Origin: Octopus bimaculoides
Taxonomy: Eukaryota
Assembly: GCF_001194135.2 (NCBI RefSeq)
Contig: NC_068989.1
Coordinates: 96,557,311 to 96,621,310 of the forward strand
DNA length: 64,000 bases
Direction of reading: 5' to 3'
Positions 1-14,596 of the stretch are shown here, piece by piece. The notes under the pieces are model-generated. The model ran no database searches. It worked only from the letters and a program-made list of their open reading frames with translations, and was not told where the DNA came from. A program made the translations under genes and the position numbers. Position 1 is the first letter of the stretch. Each line of letters opens with the position of its first letter.

Positions 1-1550
1 GAAAAGATCATCATCATCATCATCATATATATATATAAAGAGAGAGAGAGAGAGAGAGGGGGGACCAGTCAAGCAGCACATCACGCTGTAATTCTTGGGC
101 TGAGAAATCAACACTTAAAAGCCATAATTTTAAGGAGCGATAAGAATTTTTGAATAAAGGAAAATGGGTAGTGGTGGTGGGTAGGTACCGCCAGCGAGTA
201 GAGAGGGCTCTTAATTGTAGATTTTAAATATTTGAGAGACAACAATGCATAAATCGTAATTTTTTAAAAGAGCAATGAATTCTGGGTGATTAGAATATAA
301 CGTAGCATGAATTTAGGAAGCTTAAAAAGGTAGGATGGTCATATCTGGAATTGCTTTGTTCAATCTAGTCATTATTTAATCTGCGTGCATTTTAGATTAA
401 TAATTTTCTAGAGAAATTTACCCAGAAATTTTCTAAACATTCTTCATATGAAATGTATCGAATGCTTTTCTGTTTTACAACTGCTGTCGATGAGAAGTGC
501 TTGCACAGTGTGTGTGGGCTGCAAGAATTAATGTAAAACTATCATTGATGAAACTGCTGACCATCAGGTCAAAAGTGATCAATGAAGAAGTTTTATTTCT
601 ATGGAAATATATTTATTCTTGGTATTGTCTCAACAAGAACTTATAGATTAAATTGATGTCTCTTGTTGAGCTTCCATTTACAACTTTATTGTGACCATTA
701 TTATCAATAAGACTGTACATTTTTCCTCACTGATCTCTGACAAATGAATTCCATCTTCATTAGTATTTCTTAAAATGAATGTCGAAAATAACTTTTATTA
801 TAATACAACATAATCAAATACTTTGTCCATAATACCAGCCATGTAATAGACTTGTCCTCTTTGCATTGAAATCTTTCTAGAGAATTTAATTATAACCAGA
901 ATGGTACATGCTTCTCATTGTAATTATGAGCTAATCTCCTTCACACTTGAACTCCATAGTCAAACTTGATTGCTTTTCTTCACAATTAGTTTTCAGTCAC
1001 TTGATGGATTCTATTAACTGAATGTCTGTCAAGGAACATAAAAAGACTATTGCCAATAAAATTCCATGAGGATTTCATTTACATTTGAATATATTTTATC
1101 AAGAGTTTTCTATCATTCCACTCAGTGTTAACCTTGTTTGTTTTCAAGCCTGCTATTATCAGTTCAGCTAATCTGTCAGAGTTTTTATCAAATTATTCAA
1201 ATCCTATATAAAAATCTCATGAATACAAATAAGGTACCGTTTCTTCACTATTCATATAGTTGTGTGATGAGACAATTATTTTTGCCTTCGTTAAGTTTTC
1301 CTTGTTAATTTATTTATTTTCAATTGTTATTTGGGCTGCATGGTTCATTTTGATAGACGCAGTAATATCATAACATGGTGAACGAATTGATACAAATGCG
1401 AGAATGTCGAACAAAATGTTTTGAGTATTTATGGCGCTTTGCTTTCTGAGTTCAAATTCTGTTGTTGTCAACTTTCTCCCCATTTTGCTGCCTTTCCATT
1501 CTGGAGTGGCACAATGATTTCTTGGCTGCTACTCTTTGAGTCATGAACAT

Positions 1551-1610
<60 letters not shown>

Positions 1611-1620
1611 NNNNNNNNNN

Positions 1621-1671
<51 letters not shown>

Positions 1672-2060
1672 ATGTGTTTGTGTGTGTACATGTATCTATG
1701 TACATATGTATATACCTATATATATCTTTATCTTTTATCTTTCACAAGTTTCAGCCAGAGGCTGGGGCCATGCTTGAGCACCACCTCTCAGTGTTTTGGG
1801 GTTTCTTTCCTGTACTGGTTTTTGGTGAAATAGCAAGCTGCATGGAGTTACTCTTCTTTGTGCCTCCTGTCACAATGTGGGTTCATTTGGAATCTCAGGT
1901 AAAAATATGTCCAGATACTCTTTGAAGACCTCCAAATTTACTCCACACAAATCTCTGAGCTTATTTGACTGAATGTTGAATAATTGTGGACCCCTGAAAC
2001 TGAATGTGTTACAGTACTGGGTCCTTATTCAAGATGGAGTTGACAGAATCTTTGCTACTA

Positions 2061-3015
2061 TGAGGTGGTATCAAAAAGTTCCCAGACTAGTCCTGTAATG
2101 CACCAACAGATGGCAGCACACAGTTGCATGCACAATGAGAGCTAGGAGTGACCTTCATGAGTCAGTGTTTGTGTTTTTGTGATCCTGTGTATGTTGTGGT
2201 CTGCAATTTTGTCATGGACAAGATGTTGGAACAAAGAGCTAAGATGAAATTTTCCGTTAAACTTGGGAAGTCTGCTGCTACAGAGACATTGAGCACGCTT
2301 TGGCAAGATTACGGTGATGAGGCAATGGGTCATACGCAATGTTTCAAGTGGCACGGGTGCTTCAGAAGTGGAAGACAACAAGTGATGTGGAAGACCTGCC
2401 ATGAGCATCACCCCCAGAAATGTAGGGAAAATCCATCAGCTTGTGCATGAGGATCATCAGAGGACATTCAAGGACCTTGATGATGTTGCAAGCCTAACAT
2501 CTGGATTGAACCTGCAGCATGTCTTTGCCAAGTCTGTTCCCCTCCTGTTGACCACTGAGCAGAAAGAACATCACACATTGAAGTCTGTCGAGATCTCCAT
2601 CAGCTTATTGCTGATGACCCATCTTTCATGCTGAGGATCGTCACCAGTGATAAGAGTGGGTCTATGGGTATGATCCTGAGATGAGGCAGTTGTTGTCACA
2701 ATGGAAGCGCCCTCCATGGACTGAAGAAGGCATGACAGAGCTGTTGCTCAATCAAAAGTAGGCTCGTCATTGTTTCTGACATCTACATTGAGAGAATTCA
2801 TGTTCCCGGGCCAAACCATCAATTACTGTGACATTGTGAACCATTTGAGGAGGACATTGAGCAAAAGGGACAGCATTTAGGCAGTGCAAAGAACTGAGTT
2901 CTTCACAAGAACCATGCACCCTGTCACTGACCTCTCCTCACTCATGAGTTTATCACCAAAAACAACAATGTGGTATCACCTGCGCACCTGCCCTATTTGC
3001 TAGATTTACATACCT
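2061..3015 (+). mobile_element. Decayed mariner transposon, 3'-truncated
   Basis: TA + TIR TGAGGTGGTATCAAAAAGTTCCC; EQRAKMKFSVKLGKSAATETL..YGDEAMG..CFKWH HTH region; degenerate HLPY..DL (YSPDL-like) motif near 2990. Confidence 0.88.
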
Positions 3016-3105
3016 TGTATTAATTTTTTTCCTTTATTGGTTTACATACTGGCTACTTGTTAAAATCTTATATAGATTTTAGCCTTATGTTTTATATATA
3101 TATAT

Positions 3106-3745
3106 ATCATCATCATCATCATCATCATCATCGTCGTTTAACATGCTAGCATGGGTTGGACGATTTGACTGAGGACTGGTGAAATCAGATGGCTACACCA
3201 GGCTCCAATCTGATTTGGCAGAGTTTCTACAGCTGAATGCCCTTCCTAACGCCAACCACTCTGAGAGTGTAGTGGGTGCTTTTACGTGCCACTCGCACGA
3301 AGCCAGTTAGGCAGTACTGGCAACAGCTACGCTCAAATGGTGTATTTTTTGTGCCACCCACACAAGAGCAAGTCCAGGGGCACTGGCAACGATCTCGCTC
3401 GAAAGGCCATTACACATGCCACGGGCACAAGTGCCAGAAAGGCGACGCTGGGCACAGGTGCCATCCTGATTTCGCTTTCGCTTGCCCCAATAAGTCTTCG
3501 CAAGCTGAGTTTCGTGTCCAATGAAGGAGACGACGTTGGCATGGGTGCCGGTTGTTGAATTTAGTTCGGTTTCGATTTCACTTGCCTCAACAGGTCTTCG
3601 CAAGCGGAGTTTAGTGTCCAAAGAAGGAAAGATACGCATAAGTGGGCTGGCTACACCCCTGGCAGAGGCCTTGGATTTAGGTCTCACTTGGCTTGCCGGG
3701 TCTTCTCACGCACAGCATATTTCCAAAGGTCTCGGTCAGAAAATT
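3106..3745 (-). mobile_element. RTE-type LINE 3' end with (GAT)n tail
   Basis: Same 3' UTR as 38700-38930 in reverse, plus ORF end AVREKTRQA. Confidence 0.85.
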
Positions 3746-3847
3746 CATGAGTTTGTGCATATATATATATTCAAATTAAAATCCCTTAATGAGGCTGTTT
3801 TAACTACTATTTAAATTTATATATATATGCATGTATGTATATATATG

Positions 3848-4255
3848 CACAGGTAGGATGTATGTTGGAGATGCTTGCTTCTGTGGTCATGGGTTCAGTC
3901 CCATTGTGTGGTGTGCTAGGAGTGGGTTTGTTTGATGAAAACTGAAACAAGTCTGTCTTGTGTGTGTGTGTGTGTGTGTGCGTGTGTGTGCGTGTGTGTG
4001 TGTGCGTGTGTGTGCGTGTGTGTGCGTGTGTGTGTTCACTCTTGACGTCATTTGATGGTTGTCTTTGAGCATCATAGTCATACAAGCTGCATTGTTTATG
4101 TCCAGTCTTTCTGGAAACAATGTCTGGCAAAGGGAATATATTGCCTTGCTTGGAAACAGGAAAGACATCTGGCCATAGAAAGACTTCTTTGACAAATTCT
4201 GACTGACCCATGTGAGCATGGAAATGTGCATGTTGATGGTGATGATGATGATAAT
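3848..4255 (+). mobile_element. SINE with family-B-like head and RTE-like (GAT)n tail; related copies at 30780-31500, 21400-21660(-), 56930-57100(-)
   Basis: Ends GACCCATGTGAGCATGGAAA..GATGATGAT like the RTE 3' ends. Confidence 0.7.
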
Positions 4256-4432
4256 AGATTTATGCATATAGGTGTGTATGTGTGTGTGTGAGTGTGTGTG
4301 TGTGTGTGTGTTACCAATAAAATAATTATGAGACTGAAATTAATTCTGTTGTTGATATAATTTTGTAAGCTGTATGAAAGAGTTAGCATGGCAGATGTCC
4401 AGTGACTGAAACCATAAAAGAATTGATATGTA

Positions 4433-4529
<97 letters not shown>

Positions 4530-5209
4530 GAAATATTTTTATAGTAGACTTAATTATCAAGGTGATCTTCCTTTTTTAATTAAATAACATACTAAAATGC
4601 CCAATGCATGCCTTTAGTTTTGAAGATAACAGGGTGTAAATTGAGGAAGATCTAAGTTTGGTTTCCAACAGGTTGAAGCACTTTCAATGACTTGTGTTTG
4701 TTTTTTTTCTTTTTTAATCATTTAAATTCTCCCTCTGAAGAAGGAGCTGGTTTCTAACAAAGATACACAGCTCTATCTTTGGAATGTAGATAACGAAAAC
4801 AATGTCACATTTTAAACCTGAAAAAAGTCTTGTATAGTTTTATTGTTCCACTTACAGATTGTATTTGTAATGTGTAAATCAGTTGATTTCTTTTGTCTGA
4901 AAATCCAAGCTTATCCAGACTGACAGTTAGGCATTCATGCATTTATTTATTTACTTCTTTATTTATGCATGTATGCACTTCTGCAAAAATCACTGAATTA
5001 TATGCAGTGATGTTATTTCCCCTCTCATCAAATCTGCTGCTGCGTCTGTGCTTTCTCTTATTTCATATAAGAGCTCCCTTACTTGAAAAACCAAATTGAG
5101 TTAGTGGGTTGGTGAGAGGAAGAGCATCCAGGTGTAAAAACAATGCCTGAATAATATATTCATCTAACCCATGCTAGCATGGGAATAGATGTAAAAGTAA
5201 ATAAATGGC

Positions 5210-5271
<62 letters not shown>

Positions 5272-5325
5272 AATATTAAATCACTGAGCGAGAAGTAAAC
5301 AGTAGCAGCATGGAATCGTGAAGTA

Positions 5326-5657
5326 TATTTGCTGCCTAAATGTGGCAGTCCCATAGGGGACGATGCTACTGTTGTTTATAGCCCCAGGAGGGCACCTCCT
5401 CCAGCTTGCTAATGACACACTGTCTGTGTCTTATTAGTATTTGCACTAGCTGGTGATTATCACACACTGAAGACGGGTTACTGCCCAGAAACCTGGGCCT
5501 GCATTTAAGACTAGAGATATGAATGATGATTTTCCTTCACAAATACCAATCAGACACAGACAGTGTGTCGTTAGCAAGCTGGAAGAGGTGTCTTCCTGGG
5601 GCTATAAACAATAGTAGCGTTGTCCCCTATGGGACCGCCACATTTAGGTGGCAAATA
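5326..5657. mobile_element. MITE with about 120-bp inverted arms and TA flanks
   Basis: 5326-5443 is an imperfect reverse complement of 5540-5657; about 95-bp spacer; no coding capacity. Confidence 0.8.
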
Positions 5658-6645
5658 TACTACATGTATATTGTGTGTGTGTGTGTGTATGGATATGCTT
5701 ACTTGAGCACTTTGCTCTCTCTAAGGCATAGGCCATAGATAACTTTTCTCCTATTGTTCTTGACCCTGGCTGTCTTGTTTACCTCTCTCCTATTACATAA
5801 AGAACAGAAAACAAAAGACAGTCCTCTCCCAAGTTTTGTTGGTTTAGATTGTTATCGATGCTTCTGTAACTTTCTTTGGTCCTGGATAGAAGTGTTGGTC
5901 ATTTGCAAACTCATTTTTTATCTCTGGAAAGAGGTAGCCGTATCAGTCTGGTCTCTATCCTTTGGTCTGTGCAACATAGAGGCCTTTCTAGGAACTTGCG
6001 CTCCACTGGTATAAGCTCAAAGTCTCAATGAGGCATACAAGCCACCACACCACATCAAGGACTGCACCTTGTGGTGGATACGTGTGTGTCTGTGTGTGTT
6101 TATAAATCCTCATTATTTTATGTCTGTTTTCTATGTGTGTTGGATAGTTTACAGTTCAGATCTTGTTGGGAATCACTAGCCTCTTGGAAGGTTTGAAGAA
6201 TCATGTCTCATTTGTCCATTTCATTTTTGGCATCATGGTTTTCATGGCTTGATGCTTTTCATAACATCAGCCATTACACAGAATGGCTGTATCTTCTTTT
6301 CTTTATCATGCTAGAGAGATTGTCATATCCTCAATAAGACCAAAGGGACTTCTTTAAACTATTTTCTCTCTTTTCAAATACAGGGCACTTTACATTATGT
6401 ACTTGATATTTTTGATTATGGCACCAACACCAAAGAGGTTACCTTATATCTTGCAGGGCTAAGAAGTCCTCTCTCTTCATATTTTCTCAATATTTCATTT
6501 CATTTCAATGACAATATTGTGCTCAGTAGAATATACAGCTTGCATTGATTTAAAGATTACTAAATATTCGAAAATTTATTGTTTAGCTTCAGGTATCAAT
6601 AAATGAAAGGCGGAATATTAAAAAAATTAATTTGTCTGAAAACAG

Positions 6646-6676
<31 letters not shown>

Positions 6677-7776
6677 GGTTACATTTCCATTTAGTAGCAC
6701 AGTAAAGCAGACACAACAATGACAGTGATGATTAAGTTGACGATGTGGCTGTTGTTGTTTTTGTTATTGTATTAGACCATTACAACATTGATATTTGAGA
6801 TCAATATTCATAACACCTTGGTGATTTTATATAACCCCAGGCCAGTCCTAATTAAGGAAGACTTTGGTGAATGATTAATGGTATTTGTATCAAGACCATG
6901 TTATCTTTTGAATTCAAGTGTAGTATATCACATCACCATCATTATCATCATCAACGTTTGATTCCATTTTCCATGCTGGCATGGGTTGGACGTCTTGACA
7001 GGAACAGGCAAGGCTAGGGGCTGCACCAGGTTCCATTGTCTGTTTTGGCATGGTTTCTACAGCTGGATGCCCTTCCTGATGCCAACCACTTCACAGAGTG
7101 TGCTGGGTGTTCTTTTACACAGCACCTACACCAATGCTTTTTATGTGGCACCTTGTATCTTGGACTCTAACATCCATTGTGGGCAGTGGCCGAATCGAAA
7201 CTCTCCCGTTCACTCCTTTAATAGCAAGTTATCTTTTTTGACATAAATCACATGTTGATGCCACTTCGATAGCACTCAACACCTGGCCGTTGAAATTTTG
7301 TCAGAACTGAGACACTGAAGCAAGACACAGTGTTATAATCTATTGGATCCTGTGTAACCACTCGACCCCATATCAGATGGAAAGCAGAAACGGAATGAAT
7401 GTAGTGGTGGTAGTAATGATGATGGTGGTGGAGGTGATGATGGCAACAGAAGTGGTGGTGGTGCTGCTGGTTGTGAGAATGATAGCGAATGTGTTGGTGC
7501 TGACGACTATTTACAGCAGTTTAAAAACCATTGCACTCAAACTTTGTTTGCCATAAGAGGTAACTAAAAAGAGTGGACAACAGAAGAGGTTTCCAGCCAT
7601 GAAGCATTACTGTCTCAAAAAGGCAGCCTTGATAAGTTTGGTTGTCATGGGAATGCAAGACTACTTCCCCCCCCCACTCCTCTGTAGTTGTGAAAATGGC
7701 TTAAAAGCATTTTGATGTAACAATTCCAGACATGTTTCAGTTTTATTAAATCTCCTCAGTAAAGCATAGTTTAGAA

Positions 7777-8035
7777 CAGTGCTTTTTTTCCAATGTGTCA
7801 GGGACTGGAAATATTTCTTAATAATATTAATTTATACTGGAAACAATATATATAATGAATATAATAAAAGTTGACAATTTTTTTTATCTTATATTTATTT
7901 TGTAAACAAATAATACAATATTACATTATAAATATTTTATAATGTCTCTTTCTTTTCTGGAAACTCGCTGCATACTGGCAGCTGATGGCTCACGGACCAG
8001 CACCAGTCTGTGAACCACCACTTTGAGTAGCACTG
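7777..8035. mobile_element. hAT/Charlie-type MITE
   Basis: CAGTGCT...AGCACTG termini with 8-bp TSD GTTTAGAA / GTCTAGAA (7/8 match, Charlie-like NTCTAGAN). Confidence 0.8.
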
Positions 8036-10759
8036 GTCTAGAATGCAATAACCAGACTTTGAAATAGTGGCAGTGGAGAACTTCTCAGGAGTGTCTTCTG
8101 CATGAAGCACGTATAGTGAAGTACAGAATAACACAGTGTAGAAAGACAAAAAGAACTTTTTATGTCTTGAACATTAATTTTTAATCTCAGAGAGGAGACA
8201 GGTTCTGACTGATTTAATGCTTTCATTTGCAGTCACATGCATAATATGTCAAGGCGCATACATTGAAATGCAGTAGGAGACACACACTTATGTTGGATAC
8301 GCTTTTGGAACATTTATACTCCACCCTTGCAGATCTAAGATAATTCTAATTGATAGAACAGAAGAAAAGGGACACTTGGCATAGAATTGGCAAGAGGGTC
8401 ATGATGAAAGGAAATGGAGGCTGGTAGCTGTACCCTGCCGGGCAGAGTTCCGAGCTAGAAAAGGAGAGGCTTCTTTTGTGCTTGTGTGTTTCATTTTAGC
8501 CACTTTTGGAGAGAACACCAATAGTTGATAGGTGGCTAGTGTCATGGTTAAGTAAGTATAAGTGTCAGCCTGTGCAATTTAGAATTCCTTGGACATTGCT
8601 ACAGACATCCACAAGTGGTTCATAGCCCTGATCACTTAACTGGTGCCTCATCTCACCAATTGACAATTCATTGTAGAGTGTGTTGATAGGCTCTGCAGTT
8701 GACCATAAAGTTTATTTTGCTCTATTAATAGATCCTTAAACCTAAATGTATTCAAGCTTCATAACCCAACACTGGCACAGTTCTATGCCCATAACCAAAA
8801 ATGCCTAACTTTAATACAGTACATCCATCATGGCTGAAAGTAATTGCCATGAATGGTGTGCCAATTTAAGCACTGTAGATTTAAATGACAACACATATAA
8901 CTTGTAAGTAGTCTCTGCCCTTAGATGAATGGAATTCAGTGTTGATCTTGGGGAGATTTGAACTCAGAATATAAATGGCTGGAACTAAATTTATAATTTG
9001 CAAATATTTTCATAGTTTTTAGTGCTGTCTTGAAAAGTTTTTATTTGTGTAACTTAGAGACGAATAGGTTGGCCACGAATGAGAAGTTTCCAAGTGAGGC
9101 CCCTTGTGACACATTGGGTTATGACATTCTCACAGGTACAGAGCAGAATATCTGAAGCTTTTTCTTATAACTATTAAAACAATATCTACGTCTTAGTTGT
9201 CTATATTTACCTGATCAATATCTATTATCATTTATATTCTATCAGTTGGTCTTAGGAAATCTTAAATTGAATTTGTTCTTAAGAACAGTTCATATCTTTT
9301 CATGACTCACATCTATGAACTAATCTTAACTAGATTGTCTGCTTCTGTGTTTAGTATCCCTTCTGATCTATGAGAACCAGTTAATTATAATTAATCTTGT
9401 AGGCACATTAACATTTTCATCAATGAGAGCTAAAAAAAATGCCAAATGAATATGTTGGTCAAGCTAGAAAGAAATCGATAAACTGATATTGTAAAAGCAT
9501 TCATTGATTTATTTTTTCATTGTTACTTTACCGTTTACCATTTTACTTCAGTTCTTTTATTCTTCTGTGGGTTGTCTGGTTTAACAATTTGAAACAAAAA
9601 CATTTGCCTTATTTATTGTACACACTGTATGATATAAGCTATTGTGCATGTGTAAATACACTTAAATAATTTTGTCTAGATTGCTTTGATTTTATAAGCC
9701 AAGTTAATGAGGACACTTTATCAAGAAATAATTTCTAATGATATTCAGAAGTATCAGCTCCTTCAGTATCACACTCTTAGAGTAATACATCCCTGGTACC
9801 TTGGGTCCTTTTAGCAGACTCCACTCTACTTTAAGCACTCTCACCTGATCACCAATCTCAAAGGCTCTGTAAAGGGTCACGGGTACTGTCTTCCTTGCTG
9901 ACTAAAAGATTAAAAGAGCAATTCCCGATTATATGCTTTCATTGACTTGAGTTTAATAGAAAAACAATTCTGGAGAGATCAATTCCATTGAACTTTAGAT
10001 TAACTTCCCTTCCACTGCTTTTTGCCAAACTGACATGCATCATTTTTTTTTATACAGTTTTTAGCATATTCTAAGCCGGGTGGACAGGTTTTGTTATAGC
10101 AATAGTTAAATAGGAAAAGAAGCTGAAGTCCTACAAAAAAAGTTATGTACTTTCCAGGAGTACAACATGATAGCCATACTTGGGTTGGAACACATTGTCA
10201 TGTAGGTCAGAAGTTCATCAATCTAAATTCTTCATTGAATGGAAATTACTACTTTCTACTGGATGAAATTAACACTAGTATACTACTGCCTGTTCATCAA
10301 TTGTAAACTATAATATATATCAGTCAGTTATTCTACAACTTCATCCTCCTCCTCATCCACCCACACTATTTTTCATAGATACAGGCAAACTGTGTTCATT
10401 ATTAGTTGAAAATGAACTTCTGTTTTATTTTAATTAACTTGTCAGTTTCTTATCATGTCCTGAAGATCTATAAAATAAAATTTTTAAAAATGAAAAAGAA
10501 AAATTAAATATCTCAATCACTGGGAAAGATCTTAGTGTCTTTACTTTGATGACATGAGATTTTTAAAGATGTCATTTTCTCCATGACAGTTGTAATCCAA
10601 TGGAATTATATATCTCCAAGACTTTATCCTCCGAAGAATGTGTTGAACTTGTTTAGTAACATTGCCATATCCAAAAGTATTAAGCAAGTCATATACTTCA
10701 TTAAATTTATTGGAATCACTCAAAAATATATTCCACTCTAGTACTGCTGCTTGAGATTA

Positions 10760-11270
10760 TTATTATTATTATTATTTTACTACTACTACTACTACTACTG
10801 TTGTTGATTGAAGATATTGTGTCTACCAGGGGTTTGTACTGTTTGTCAAGTCATAACAAGGACCTCAGACAGACAGTACTTTTCGCAATAGGCGTGCAGT
10901 TCCAAGTAATGCCGACTTTTGCAATACACCTAGATTGTAAGGTATTTCTAAAGTTTTCAGATGTTTTTTTTTTTCAGGTTGGGTGGTATTGAACCCAATG
11001 CTCTGATGACAATAGGGACAACCTTTATGTTTGACTCTCGTAGCTGCCACATCTTGGTGATCTCAATTCTCAGCTCTCCATATCTATCAATCTCTTTTTC
11101 TTTCATGATAATATGTTGATCTCCTGGCACTGTCACATCAATTATTAGGCACTTTTGTTTGTCCCTTTTAAAGATTACTATATCCAGGCTTCAGTTCGCC
11201 AATACCTTGTCTGTCTTGATTATGCCTGAGCTCTTCCTGTATCAGGAGGGCTACATCTCTATCATCCTCC
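10760..11270 (-). mobile_element. R4/Dong-clade 3' end with REL endonuclease, ending in (TAG)n(TAA)n
   Basis: KP(D)IVIF..CLIIDVTVPGD..KVVPIVIRALG..LQKSALLGTARLLRKVLSV*, followed by a short 3' UTR and a microsatellite. Confidence 0.85.
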
Positions 11271-11436
11271 CTGCCATCCACCCACCCTTTGTATGCTTTG
11301 TATATGGCCCTTCTTTTTCAGTGTATACCATATATACTTTATTTTTTTGTTATCCTTTCATTATATGTAAACCCTCACACTTTTATGTCTGTCCCCCCTC
11401 GTCCTTTGCCCTTGTGGCAAATAAATGAAATCATCA

Positions 11437-11474
<38 letters not shown>

Positions 11475-11901
11475 TACAGTAGAAGGAGTAGGAGGAAAAG
11501 TGGGAGCTATAGTAGTCCTACCTTTATTATATACGGATACGGGTTCATATTGCTGGTGAAGGTGGCTGGGTGGGGGTGGGGGGGCTCCCATGACTGGCAC
11601 AAGCTTCAGGCTTTCCTGTTTCAAGAGAACTGCATCATCCACATCTTCAGATGTTTTGTAATCCTTTCCATCCGATTTCTCATCTCCCCCCCCACTCTTT
11701 TCTGCCCTCATCCAATTCTTATGTAAACCACTTCCACATCACAAAAATTCTTACCTGTCTTCGCAATGTCCCCATCATCTCACACCCCCATGGCAAATAT
11801 AACAAATTTTTATCTTTATTACTACTTCTACTCTTACTTATCATCATTATCATCATCATCATTATTATTATTATTAGTAGTAGTAGTAGTAGTAGTAGTA
11901 A

Positions 11902-11933
<32 letters not shown>

Positions 11934-12952
11934 TCATCATCAATAACAAATAATTAGCTTAGTTAACAGAAGCAACATACAAAATTTGCTTTCAATGCCT
12001 ATTCTACAAGACAGTAGACAAATGACTATAATTATGCAAGAATTTATCACAGAGTCTGACAGTTACAAAAATATAAATAAATAAGTATATATATATATAT
12101 AAATGAATAAAATAATAAAATGAAAACCTGAAGTTCCAATAAGACATCAGTGTTTCTACAATGCACAAAAAACACACAACATACAAAGAACATTCATCTC
12201 AACTTATCTCTTTCTCATGTCGACATCTATTTTTCTATTTGTCTCTGTTTCTATTTTGGATTTTATTTCTTAAAAGATTGAATATTCAGTTTCCTGGAAA
12301 AATATTTGCTTTAGGCAGTAAGTGTATGTAGATCTAATCAGCTCACAACTGTATTGTCATAAACTAGTTGCACTTGTGCATTAGTGTTCACACTAATGAA
12401 GCAGCTAGGCTTGTTGTTAGCTGGGAAGAGCTATTAGGCATATGGGAAAGAAAAAAAAAGAAAATAGTGAAATACTGACGGGAGTCATTGGAAAATGTAC
12501 AGCAGTCCCCCAACTGGCAGATAATAAGATGATGATTTAAATGCTTGCCTTTCAGCGAAATATAGTTGTTAATGGTGATTTTTGTTATTGCACAAAATCT
12601 CAGAGTTTTCTGCCGAGCTGCAAAAGTCCTGCCATTAATTCACTGCCAGAGAAATGAAATTATTTACATGTATTGTTGCTAGAAGTCTAATTGATGTATG
12701 TATATGTATGTGTGTGTATATATTATTTTATTCATTTACTTGTTTCAATCACTTGACTGTGACCATGCTGTAGCACCACCTTTAGCCAAAGAAATCAACC
12801 TCAGGACTTATTCTTTGTAGGCCTTGTACTTATCTTATTGATCTTTTGCCAAACCACTAAGTTTTGAGGATGTAAACACACCAACGTCAGTTGTTAAGCG
12901 ATGGTGGAGGGATAAACACAGACACACATACATAAATATATATATATATGTA

Positions 12953-13040
<88 letters not shown>

Positions 13041-13203
13041 ACGGGCTTCTTTCATTTTCCATCTACCAAATCCACTCACAAGGCTTTGGTCAGCCCAAGG
13101 CTATAGTAGAAGTTACTTGCCCAAGGTGCCATGCAGTGGGACTGAACTCGGAACCATCTGGTTCGGAAGCAGAGTTCTTACCATACAGCCATGCCTGTGC
13201 CTG

Positions 13204-13254
<51 letters not shown>

Positions 13255-13556
13255 TTACATACACACATAAACACATATGTATCATCATCACCATCATTTT
13301 CATGGTCACTTTTGTATGCAACAAATGTGCACACACATATGTGGGCACATGCACAAATATATATTTATTGAAAGTTGTGCATTTCTTCAGGGAACAAAGT
13401 GATTCAATTCTTTGTAACCTGAAGGTTGGCACTACCAACAAACACTGAAAAGCTGTGCTGTGAATCATCAGCTTTGACTAGATAAATAAATAAACTCTGT
13501 TACATATATTGAGTACTTTTCCTATCATCTGTTTATACAATCAGATCTCAGTGTAT

Positions 13557-13587
<31 letters not shown>

Positions 13588-14555
13588 ATGTGCACGTGTG
13601 TGTGCACATATGCTTAGCTGAAAGAGCACACATCCTTTTTTAGATCTAAGAATTCCACCACACTGCAGAATTTCAGATCAGAAATTTTCAATAAATGCAG
13701 ATATGTAGACAAGTTTCTTTTGGCAAATTGGAAAACACCACCCTCTCCAAATAGAGCAGCTGTATTACAGACTTTAGATCCCTTCCATTGTTTCTACACC
13801 ATTTAGCCTTACTATATGGTCAAAGGGGACATAACTCCTTTTTTTTCCAGTTCTTTTAGTTCTTCCACTTTTTCACCTCCACCTTCATCTGTTTTTTTCT
13901 TGGGATTTCTCCTGTTCTGTTGTCCTGATTTCTAACTTGTCTAGGTCATATGCTTAGAGCCTGAAGACTACTTAGAGAAACTAGGCATGCCACGACTACA
14001 GTTTCACTTGGTTTGATAAGTCTTCTTAAGCACAGCATACTATTAAAGTCTTGGTCACTTGTCATGGGGCACAACATTCAAAGATCATGCTTCACCACCT
14101 CATCCCTCACCTCTTTCAGGCCCAACATTCAAAGATCATGCTATCTGTAATGGCTTTGATTACAATTTCACAGGTGCCATTTACACGACACCAGCAATGA
14201 CCATGGCATCGATTTCACTTGACTTGCCAGGTCTTTTCAAGCACAGCATATCACCAAAGGTCTTGTCGCTAGTCATCGCCTCCATGAGGCCCAACATTCG
14301 AGTGCTTGGCCATCAACCTTGCACCAGTTTTGTAATGCATTGTATAATCTTGTTTATTTTCTTACATTTCTAAAATGTAAGCTACTTGTTTACAGTCACT
14401 GTAGAGACAGACATTGGTAAGTAATTAGTTCCTAAAGAAAGGAAACTAGTTTGTTTACTCTCCATTGCAAGCTGCAGAAAGTACTGAGCTCTAACTACAA
14501 GGCTGGCTATCATAAATTCACAAAACCATAGAATGCCTTGCACTACATTCTTTAG

Positions 14556-14596
<41 letters not shown>

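Noticed and set aside
300-1250. Decayed coding-like AT-rich stretch (also 9060-9400, 26900-27700, 29626-29835, 31537-31749, 33420-33790)
   Set aside because: Multiple stops or no recognisable motif; probably old TE debris, but I cannot assign a family or gene.
1543-1925. ORFs rich in YI/IY, HT, CV, LS, poly-I/L/S (also at 4096, 11289, 12835, 20548, 31080, 41170-41642 and others)
   Set aside because: Translations of microsatellites, not genes.
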